Assembly: GCA_964593375.1 (NCBI GenBank)
Contig: CAZQIF010000002.1
Location: 7,197 to 71,196, forward strand
Direction of reading: 5' to 3'
DNA from: an uncultured Candidatus Saccharibacteria bacterium
Lineage (GTDB): Bacteria > Patescibacteriota > Minisyncoccia > Phycocordibacterales > UBA918
Length of the DNA stretch: 64,000 nucleotides
Shown: piece after piece, positions 56,490 through 64,000 of the stretch
Layout: each line of letters begins with the position of its first letter
How positions within the stretch are numbered: position 1 is the first letter of the stretch
The notes under the pieces: generated by a model
What the model was told of the DNA's origin: nothing
The model's database searches: none
The model's input: only the letters and a program-made list of their open reading frames with translations
Made by a program: the position numbers and the translations under genes

Positions 56490-57595
56490 AAAATACTATT
56501 GATCCAAAAATTTCTTGGGAGACCTACTGCACGAGTGAACTCGCACTCCTCACGCCAATTCTAAATGCGAATGGTTTCAAACTCTATGATAGTCAACCGC
56601 ACCTTAAGGGTGAACGCTACCTCATGAACGCGGTCACGACCACGAGCGGGAAAAAACTTATCCTACTCGGACATGATAGTACGGGAACGAATGTGGTCAT
56701 CAAAGCGACACGAGATCGCGCAGGAATTAAAGAACTCAAGCACGAGCGTATCTGTCGTCAGGTACTTGAGGAAATTGATTTCGCGGGAGAAGTGTTTCAT
56801 ACACCCGAGGAAATAGCCTTCCTCGAAGAAAATGGGTTTGTTATTTCAGCACAATGCTTCATCGAGCAAACACAGAGTTTCCTTGAGCGCCCAATTGATG
56901 AGCAATTTGCGCTTGCCCTCACGGCCTTTAAAGCACAAGAGAGCGCACATGCCACCACTTTCAAACATCAACACCTCATTCGTAATACGTACGGCATGCG
57001 CGACTCAAGAACCTACTTGCATTCGTTCCGCACCTTTTCAAAAAATATTGCTAAAGCACTCCCCGAGGAAGCTGAAATACATGCACTCCTCAAAAGTGGC
57101 GAGGAAATGCTCATGAACCACCAACTAATCATCGAGCAGTACACTGGCTTTCTCACCCATACCGACTTTGTCCCCCACAACATTCGTATCAAAGGAGACA
57201 CGATATTCCTCCTCGACCACTCATCACTCACCTTTGGCAACAAGTATGAAGGTTGGGCGCGCTTCATTAATTTCATGACGCTCTATAATCCTCCGCTCCA
57301 AAGAGCCCTCGAGCAATACGTGCGAGAAAATCGGACTATGGAAGAGTCTATTGCGCTCCGCATGATGCGCATCTACCGCCTCGGGGAAATTATGTGGTAC
57401 TACGCTCGCACACTCGAACTCAGTACCGATAATCTCCATGCACTCAATACCGCGCGCGTATATTTTTGGACGCAGGTGTTATCGTACGTTCTACGAGAAG
57501 AAGAAGTTCCCATAGCGGTTATCGGTGCATACAAAAATCTGCGTGACTCGCTTCGCAGTGAAGACGAAAGAAATCGCCAAAAGGGTCTCCACTAG
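56486..57595 (+). CDS. Protein-kinase-like / APH-family phosphotransferase
   Basis: VVIKA..ELKHE, catalytic-loop-like HTDFVPHNI, LLD; ATGA overlap with the upstream gene. Confidence 0.7.
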   Translation: MKNTIDPKISWETYCTSELALLTPILNANGFKLYDSQPHLKGERYLMNAVTTTSGKKLILLGHDSTGTNVVIKATRDRAGIKELKHERICRQVLEEIDFAGEVFHTPEEIAFLEENGFVISAQCFIEQTQSFLERPIDEQFALALTAFKAQESAHATTFKHQHLIRNTYGMRDSRTYLHSFRTFSKNIAKALPEEAEIHALLKSGEEMLMNHQLIIEQYTGFLTHTDFVPHNIRIKGDTIFLLDHSSLTFGNKYEGWARFINFMTLYNPPLQRALEQYVRENRTMEESIALRMMRIYRLGEIMWYYARTLELSTDNLHALNTARVYFWTQVLSYVLREEEVPIAVIGAYKNLRDSLRSEDERNRQKGLH

Positions 57596-57679
57596 AATTT
57601 CACCACAAGACTAACTACCACACTAAAAAGGGGCGCTCGGGGCCGCTAGGCCAAGATTTACCCCATTTTATTATGGTAG

Positions 57680-58897
57680 TTAATTTGTTTCTGTGATTCG
57701 ATCAAATATCCGCGTGCGCATTTTTTCAACGACAATATCCCAGTCGTATTCTTCTTCAACCATTTTTCGTGCGCGCTCGGTTACTTCTTTCACTACCTCA
57801 GGATGTGCCAAAATATCGAGGACGGCATCTTTTATTTGTTCAGGGCTATCAATATCAACAGCCCAACCTGTGGTGCCCTTTTCAGGGTTTCGCTTTGCAT
57901 CAAAAAGAAAATCAGCAATGCCACCAGCCTGTGTGGCAACAACCGGCATACGGCACGCCATCGCCGAAAGAAACGCATTCCCAAGCCCCTCAGAACGCGA
58001 TGGGCCCACAAAAATATCTCCCGCAAAGCGATATTTTGTAACTTCACTCCGATCAATCTGACCGGTGAAAATGACCCGTTCTTCAAGCTGTAATTCTCGC
58101 GCCAAGTTCTTAAGTGGTTCTTCTTCCGGCCCACCACCCACAACGAGCAATTTAATATTCATCGGTAGAAGGAGTAGTGCACGAATAGTTGTATCGAAGC
58201 CTTTCTGATGTACGAGTCGTGCGGTGTTCACAAGGAAAATATCACCCTCTTTTTTACCAATTTTTTGTTTGAGTGTCTCAACCTCTCTGGGGTCAAATGT
58301 TGGTTTAATCGACTCTGGGTTGGCACCGTTCCGTATAATTTGAGTATCACCCCGATAGCCCATACGTCTTGCCCACGCGCCGAGAAATGCTGATATAGGC
58401 TGTACCACCGTCGCATGTGTAAACGCGCGTTTAAAGAGTGGCCACACCGGTTTCATGATTCGTTCAATGTACTCGGGTGGGTCACCTTCTTGAAGCGTGA
58501 GCGCGTATGGTACCTGTGTGAGCAGATTAAAAATCGATACGGGCACACCCGTTCCATGTGCCATTACTGCCCATGCGCCATCATAGTGATACTTACGATG
58601 CAAAAAATACGCCTTGATACTGGCTGCAATCTGGAAAAAATGTTTGTTGTAGTGGAGCGGAAACTTACGACGCTCCAGAAGAGAAGCATTGGGTTTTCCA
58701 AAAAGACCAACGCGATGAATGATCACATTTCCGATTTTCCCGACTCGTGGCACCGCACTATCGTAGTAGAGGGTCACCATATGAAACTCAAACTCTTCAG
58801 GGCTCATGCGGTCAGTAATTTCTTGAATCGCCGCTTCGGCACCCGAAATAGTTCCGGGCAAATAATCGAGTGAGAAGATGAGAATGCGCTTTGCCAT
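57680..58897 (-). CDS. Glycosyltransferase family 4
   Basis: SGAEAA, ARLVHQKG, PSRSEGLGNAFLSAMA, GGIADF. Confidence 0.9.
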   Translation of the reverse strand: MAKRILIFSLDYLPGTISGAEAAIQEITDRMSPEEFEFHMVTLYYDSAVPRVGKIGNVIIHRVGLFGKPNASLLERRKFPLHYNKHFFQIAASIKAYFLHRKYHYDGAWAVMAHGTGVPVSIFNLLTQVPYALTLQEGDPPEYIERIMKPVWPLFKRAFTHATVVQPISAFLGAWARRMGYRGDTQIIRNGANPESIKPTFDPREVETLKQKIGKKEGDIFLVNTARLVHQKGFDTTIRALLLLPMNIKLLVVGGGPEEEPLKNLARELQLEERVIFTGQIDRSEVTKYRFAGDIFVGPSRSEGLGNAFLSAMACRMPVVATQAGGIADFLFDAKRNPEKGTTGWAVDIDSPEQIKDAVLDILAHPEVVKEVTERARKMVEEEYDWDIVVEKMRTRIFDRITETN

Positions 58898-58900
58898 TTT

Positions 58901-59788
58901 CTATATTCTATTTTCTATATTCTCTTTAATATAGTCTTGGATATGGTGTTGTGGCACCCATCCCAGTGCCCGTACTTTTTCTGAATCAGCGTCGGGTGAA
59001 GTGCGCGATGACTCAGTCTGCGGGAGCATCTCGATTTCTCCACCAAACATATTCGCTACTTCAAGTAATGAAAAAGCTTCGTCGGTGCCAATACCAAAAT
59101 TATCGCCTTCGCCCTTTTCACCCGCAAGCACGATTCCCTCTACGGTATCGAGTACATGTGTGAACGCGCGCATTTGCGTCCCTGGTTCACGGACTTGAAG
59201 TGACTTCCCCTCAAGCTTGCGACGACGCCATGTTTCTATGACTGTTCCGTACTCTTCGATTGAACGTTCACGGGGGCCATATACGTTGTAAAAATACACA
59301 ACGGCGTATTTGAGGTCATACCACCGTCCATAATTCACCACAAGTTCTGAGTTCGCTGCTTTCATCCATGTGTACGGGGAGAGATCGCGACCAGCGACTC
59401 CATCTTCTCGTTCACCAACATGTTTTGTCGACGACCCCGCGTAGACGAGCTTACATTTTTTCGCGCGCCAAAATTCAAGCACTCCAAACGTGCCAAGGAT
59501 ATTAAGATCAAAAACGAGTTCAGGCTCTTCCAAACTCTTTGCTACACGAGAATACTCACCAAGATGATAAATGACATCGGGTGTTTCAGAGATAAGTGTC
59601 GCGATGTCTTTAGTGTGCCCTGTTCGATATTCAACACCTTCAACATGATTTTCTGCCGAACCGGTGAAGTAGTTGTCGAGTGAAATCACGCGGTGGCCCT
59701 CTTTAACAAGACGCTCACAAAGATGTGAGCCTATGAATCCCGCCCCTCCGGTAACTACGACTGTCTTGGATAAATTCTCAGTATTCAT
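58901..59788 (-). CDS. NAD-dependent nucleotide-sugar epimerase/dehydratase
   Basis: VTGGAGFIGSHL, YAGSS, SPYTWMK (YxxxK), FYNVYGP, RAFTHV. Confidence 0.9.
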   Translation of the reverse strand: MNTENLSKTVVVTGGAGFIGSHLCERLVKEGHRVISLDNYFTGSAENHVEGVEYRTGHTKDIATLISETPDVIYHLGEYSRVAKSLEEPELVFDLNILGTFGVLEFWRAKKCKLVYAGSSTKHVGEREDGVAGRDLSPYTWMKAANSELVVNYGRWYDLKYAVVYFYNVYGPRERSIEEYGTVIETWRRRKLEGKSLQVREPGTQMRAFTHVLDTVEGIVLAGEKGEGDNFGIGTDEAFSLLEVANMFGGEIEMLPQTESSRTSPDADSEKVRALGWVPQHHIQDYIKENIENRI

Positions 59789-59902
59789 AGGGTAGATTGA
59801 TTTGGTGATTTGCTAGTGGCCGGGGCGGGCAGGCCCGCCCCTCCCGTTACGATGATAATTTTTTGCTCAGTCATAATTCCCTATAATAACAAATATATAC
59901 TG

Positions 59903-59941
59903 AAAAAGGTCGCGGGGCACACTGTGCGCCTCGCGACCTTT
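59903..59941 (-). terminator. Intrinsic terminator of the MaoC-like gene
   Basis: aaaggtcgcg/cgcgaccttt stem with a U-tract on the minus strand. Confidence 0.7.
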
Positions 59942-59951
59942 GAATTCTCCT

Positions 59952-60371
59952 CTATTCCCGTCCTTTGAGGTACTTTTTGTTAATCATACGAACTACTGTT
60001 TTTACCAGTTCCTTATCCCCTCTCAAAACGACAACTTCAACCCTTGTAAGCCGTGTCTTTTCATCAAGTCGCCGAATCTGTATTGTGACCGTATCCCCGA
60101 TATAAATCTTTGCCTTCGGGTAGAAGGATTCGAATCCGACAAGTCCAAATTTTGAAAGATACTTACAGAATATCGGTGAAAGCGACGTAATAATCGCCGT
60201 CCCCTGCACTATCTGCAAACCCTCCATCGAGTGCAGGTCAAAATTTGAATCTCCCGAGATGCGGAGAAATGACTCACACCACTCAGGACTGAAGGTGAAA
60301 TTTTCTGTAACTGTCTCACCCTCCTTGAGTTGTGAACAAGAGTTAACACCAGCGAGAACATTTTTAGACAT
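59952..60371 (-). CDS. MaoC-like hotdog-fold dehydratase-related protein
   Basis: FLRISGDSNFDLH..IVQG..F..KIYIGDTV pattern. Confidence 0.65.
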   Translation of the reverse strand: MSKNVLAGVNSCSQLKEGETVTENFTFSPEWCESFLRISGDSNFDLHSMEGLQIVQGTAIITSLSPIFCKYLSKFGLVGFESFYPKAKIYIGDTVTIQIRRLDEKTRLTRVEVVVLRGDKELVKTVVRMINKKYLKGRE

Positions 60372-60425
60372 CTTATGTCTCCAGAAGTGGATTTAATCTG
60401 AGTGTATTAGAACACGCTTCAAGTT

Positions 60426-61859
60426 CTAAGTCAAACTCTTTCCTCGGCGTGTATAAAGAGCAACAATACCGAGCGCAATAATTAGAAGGAGTCCAAATTG
60501 GGGTAATTTACTCGTGAGCGCTCCCGCTTTCACTTCCCCAACATCACTCACTTCTTGCTTTCCAATTGGAATGACCGTATCGGTTGTGGTTGATTCAAGT
60601 GTCGTGGAAGTTCCAAGTACTTCTGGATTGTTTTCTTCCACCATTGCAACTTCATGTTCCTTTTGAACTAGAGAACGTGCAACCACTTTTTTTTGAGTGA
60701 CCACTGTGGCAAGGTTTTGAGACTGTGTTTGTGTTCCAGAAACAACTGCGGCAACAACTATGTTCTGCGTATCGTAGAGTGCCACGTTTTGCGCCGAGCC
60801 TTTCAGGAAGCGGTCATGATGAATGGTAATCGTACTATTGGGGAGAAGAAGCGTGTGAGTAGGAATCACGACATCACTCGTACCACGAAGCGTAAAACCT
60901 GAAAGATCAATTTCGTACTTTGCATTATTGTGAATTTGGATATTGCCCGTATCGGTACGCGTGAGTGAAAACGTGACGGGAAGAACGGTGATTTCATGAC
61001 GGGTGAAGGTTTTGTTTTTTGCAAACTCTCCTTCAACGATAACCACGTACTCACCCGGATACGTGAAGGTATGCGTTACTTTTTTCCCCGCTCCGGCAAA
61101 GCTATCGCCAAAGCTCCACGCATACACGAGGGAGTTCATGAGTGTTTCGCCGAGACCACTCGGTGTCACTTCAAATGTCACTTCCTGATTCACATAGGCA
61201 ATCGTAGGAGCTTTGATACTGAGCGTGAACACTTTCTTCTCGGGAACAAGGGTGACTTTTTTTGACCCCCCGCTTGATTTTGATGCTGTGACTTGAGGTG
61301 CACTTCCAGTGCTGTTTGTGTCCTCATTGTTTGTATTTTCGTTTTCATTATTGGTATCTGGTGGAGGAACACTGGTGGTGGTGTTCGTTTCCCCTGGCGT
61401 TGGCACTCCGGTAATCCATCCGCTCTGCGTTCGCTGTGCGGTGTCTTTCGTTGTATTATCGCCCCCGATGTTTGACCACTCTTCCCCTCCCGCAACTTGG
61501 TCTTCGATTGAAGCGTCACTGCGACGCAAGGTGAGCGTTCGACCGTCGTTACTGAGCGCTCCCGTATATATTAAAAAGGCGGTTCCAGAAACCGTGTCAT
61601 CATCGGTGCGTTCAAGGACAGCGTACTCGCCGGCACTAATGGAACCGGCGAGTGGAATATTGAGAGATACATTATCACTAAGTACCCAACCATCAACCGG
61701 CACATCCTCCCCGCCATCGTTATAGAGCTCAATCCACTCTTCATTGGGGCCAACGGTCGTCCCCATCCATGCAACTTCATTGATAAGTATTGCTGCCTCG
61801 GAAGCGTGTGGGAAGAAAAAAAGTATCATTAAAACTACGATCAGTTGTGCTGGTCTCAT
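60426..61859 (-). CDS. Secreted, membrane-anchored lamin-tail-domain (LTD) plus PKD protein
   Basis: Signal peptide; ILINEVAWMG..EEWIELYN..PTPG (LTD); YAWSFGD..HTFTYPGEYVV (PKD); C-terminal TM followed by RRGK. Confidence 0.88.
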   Translation of the reverse strand: MRPAQLIVVLMILFFFPHASEAAILINEVAWMGTTVGPNEEWIELYNDGGEDVPVDGWVLSDNVSLNIPLAGSISAGEYAVLERTDDDTVSGTAFLIYTGALSNDGRTLTLRRSDASIEDQVAGGEEWSNIGGDNTTKDTAQRTQSGWITGVPTPGETNTTTSVPPPDTNNENENTNNEDTNSTGSAPQVTASKSSGGSKKVTLVPEKKVFTLSIKAPTIAYVNQEVTFEVTPSGLGETLMNSLVYAWSFGDSFAGAGKKVTHTFTYPGEYVVIVEGEFAKNKTFTRHEITVLPVTFSLTRTDTGNIQIHNNAKYEIDLSGFTLRGTSDVVIPTHTLLLPNSTITIHHDRFLKGSAQNVALYDTQNIVVAAVVSGTQTQSQNLATVVTQKKVVARSLVQKEHEVAMVEENNPEVLGTSTTLESTTTDTVIPIGKQEVSDVGEVKAGALTSKLPQFGLLLIIALGIVALYTRRGKSLT

Positions 61860-61864
61860 AAAAA

Positions 61865-63904
61865 TTACAGTGGTGGTTTATCGTGTAAATTAACCCTCAT
61901 CATCCGCTCAAGTTCTTTCGCGGTAATAACATTTCGTGACGGTTGTTGTGCTGGCTCTACCGGTCGTGTCGGCTGTGGAGCTCCCGGCTGTTCTACTACT
62001 TTCACCGGAGAAACAACAGGTGCAACATTGGGTGTTTCTGCAACCGCAACGGTTTCTTCCTTTTCTGTATGCAGTGCGTTTGCGAGCAGATTTTGAAGCT
62101 CACCACGCGACTCCTTAAACTTCTGCTCTTTTTCGAGATGACGTTTGTCAGGAACTCCCGTCTGCTCTTTCGTCGCTTCAGCACTCACAATATTTTTGAG
62201 CACTGAACGCAGTTCATTTAGATTCTCTTCTCTTGAATGGTGTGGTCGGGCTGGTTCTTGCCCTTTAGACTGAGGTGGTCGTGCACCTCCTTGCTGATGC
62301 GGAGGTCGCTCTTCTCGTTTAACAAAGTTTTGTTTTCGCTCTTCCCCTCCTCTCAGGTTTCGCTCTGGTTCTGTTGGCTTTGGTGCTGGTGGAGTAGCTG
62401 GCTGTGCAGTTTGTGAAGTAACATTTGCTTGTGGCGCTTGAGTCGACGTTTCTGCCCTAGCCGGTACTCGTTCACTTACCGGAGCTTGCGGAACTTTTCT
62501 TTCAAAAGTTTCTCTCGGTGTTACCCGGATATCTTTCGTCTCTCGTGTTTCTCCCTGCTCTTTTTTAGGTTCGGGGTTACTCGCCTCTGTGCGCAGTGGC
62601 TTGGGTGGGTTCACTGGCTCATGGAACTTATGAATCTGTATCTCAACATCGTGTCGCAAATGTGAAAACTGCTTCCGACTCGACGCGATGACCATATCTT
62701 TGCAGGAGACGACCGGAGGCTCAATCTTTGGAAGTGTTGTTGCAGAAAATGGTGGTGAGCCAATGCCATCAATCATGAGGGTAAGATACACTTGCGCAAA
62801 TCCGAGATTCACAATATCGGTCGCTAAAAATTGTGGCGAAAATATTGTTTCAAGGAGTTCCGCATCAAGCGGACCTACTCTGAAAGAAATAATGGTGCCC
62901 ACGTTTCCAAACACCGCGTCACGAACCTCCTCCTCCATCTGAGTAATGTACTGATGAGCAATCGTGAGATTGAGATGATACTTACGCGCCTCTGAGAGGA
63001 TGTTCGCAAAAGTCGCGTTTGCAAACGATTGAAATTCATCAACATAGAAATAGAAATTTGGCATATCGCGCATCTTCTCAGGACTTAAGTCTGCGCGACT
63101 CATTGCAGCAAGATAGATACGCGTAGTGAGCATTGAACCAAGGAGGTTCGCATTTGATTCTCCAATGAGCCCCTTAGAAAGGTTTACAATGAGAATCTTT
63201 TTTTGATCCATCATCTCGCGGATATCAAAACTCGATTTGGGCTGGCCAACAATATTGCGGATGATAGGGTTTGCCGTAAATTGTCCAATCTTATTTTTGA
63301 TGGCGTCCCCCGCCTCTTGCATGTACCGTTCGTTGTATTTTGCAAATTCATCAACCCAAAAAGATTTCACCCCAGGGTCTTTGAGATTGTCGACGACCTT
63401 CTTGCGATAGTCTTTGTCGGAGAGCATGCGGTTCACCCCGAGGAGTGTTGAATCTGGGTACTCGAGAAGTGCCATGAGCGTGTTCTGGAGAATATATTCC
63501 ATGCGGGCAGACCATGCATCAATCCATATTTTTTTGAATACCGACATGAGTCCTGAAACCACAAGGTGTCGCTTATCAGGCCCCACGTCTTCCATGATGT
63601 TAAATGAGACCGGAAACCCCGTATCAAATGGTGCAAAATAGAGCACATCATTCACCCGATGTTCGGGGACATAGTTAAGGAGTGTTTCTGCGGCAGAACC
63701 ATGTGGGTCAATGAAGGCTAAACCTTCCCCATTCTGAATATCCTGCACCGCCATGTTCTCAAGGAGTGTCGACTTACCCATGCCCGTCTTACCAATTACG
63801 TAGACATGGCGCTGGCGATCTTTCGCTTTGATACCAAAGGCAACATCGCGCCCGCGTGCATCGGTACGCGCAAAGAACGTAATCTTGTTAGGATCAAATG
63901 CCAT
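61865..63904 (-). CDS. VirD4/TrwB/HerA-like (type IV coupling-protein family) P-loop ATPase with disordered C-terminal tail
   Basis: DRQRHVYVIGKTGMGKST, IDPHG, YVDEFQSF, LSEARKY, AHQY, AVFGNVGT; Pro/Gln-rich tail after about aa 430. Confidence 0.88.
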   Translation of the reverse strand: MAFDPNKITFFARTDARGRDVAFGIKAKDRQRHVYVIGKTGMGKSTLLENMAVQDIQNGEGLAFIDPHGSAAETLLNYVPEHRVNDVLYFAPFDTGFPVSFNIMEDVGPDKRHLVVSGLMSVFKKIWIDAWSARMEYILQNTLMALLEYPDSTLLGVNRMLSDKDYRKKVVDNLKDPGVKSFWVDEFAKYNERYMQEAGDAIKNKIGQFTANPIIRNIVGQPKSSFDIREMMDQKKILIVNLSKGLIGESNANLLGSMLTTRIYLAAMSRADLSPEKMRDMPNFYFYVDEFQSFANATFANILSEARKYHLNLTIAHQYITQMEEEVRDAVFGNVGTIISFRVGPLDAELLETIFSPQFLATDIVNLGFAQVYLTLMIDGIGSPPFSATTLPKIEPPVVSCKDMVIASSRKQFSHLRHDVEIQIHKFHEPVNPPKPLRTEASNPEPKKEQGETRETKDIRVTPRETFERKVPQAPVSERVPARAETSTQAPQANVTSQTAQPATPPAPKPTEPERNLRGGEERKQNFVKREERPPHQQGGARPPQSKGQEPARPHHSREENLNELRSVLKNIVSAEATKEQTGVPDKRHLEKEQKFKESRGELQNLLANALHTEKEETVAVAETPNVAPVVSPVKVVEQPGAPQPTRPVEPAQQPSRNVITAKELERMMRVNLHDKPPL

Positions 63905-64000
63905 ACCAAAAGTATAACAGACAAAGCACGATGAATGATTAACGATAGTGGGAATTTATTCAGCAGGAAGCAATGCCTCTCTCGTATAAATATTTGACGG

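Noticed and set aside
59822-59841. ggggcgggc-ag-gcccgcccc hairpin as a distinct element
   Set aside because: Single short hairpin; it may be a REP relative of 16675-16701, but there is too little sequence to support a call
1-64000. Alternative genetic code 25 (TGA=Gly) as in Gracilibacteria
   Set aside because: Conserved genes are full length under code 11, and TGA serves as a normal stop (obgE, murB, ATGA overlap at 56486)

Overview
Gene-dense bacterial chromosome segment in standard genetic code 11. Gene content and style point to a Patescibacteria/CPR organism (Parcubacteria-like); this is an inference. The left end holds a giant secreted beta-helix surface protein (runs off the window and is absent from the ORF track), two membrane-anchored HTH paralogs, the housekeeping genes gatB, obgE, secA and murB, and a 35-aa histone-H1-like micro-ORF. 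Next come an O-antigen-ligase/TPR protein, a Sat-CysC PAPS synthase, a DinJ-YafQ toxin-antitoxin pair and a secreted LCAT-type lipase. A mosaic surface-glycan island of about 39 kb (20.7-59.8 kb) encodes GmhA, Wzx, a NeuB/KdsC/NeuA nonulosonate route, about 10 GT-B proteins, 7 class-I methyltransferase domains, a B12-radical SAM enzyme, AsnB, deacetylases, a sulfotransferase, an ATP-grasp ligase and a kinase. The right end carries a lamin-tail/PKD surface protein and a VirD4/TrwB-like ATPase. The most novel-looking signals are: (i) a PaaX/Cas2-like gene bracketed by two related perfect palindromes (48 and 38 bp) with compensatory changes; (ii) a covarying structured motif in two copies flanking the ligase gene; (iii) several palindromic repeat families, one apparently inserted in-frame in a CDS; (iv) PAPS-dependent sulfation coupled to KDN-like glycan synthesis; and (v) co-existing leaderless and Shine-Dalgarno-led gene classes. 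No rRNA, tRNA or CRISPR array was seen. All functional calls come from motif recognition by eye; no database searches were run.
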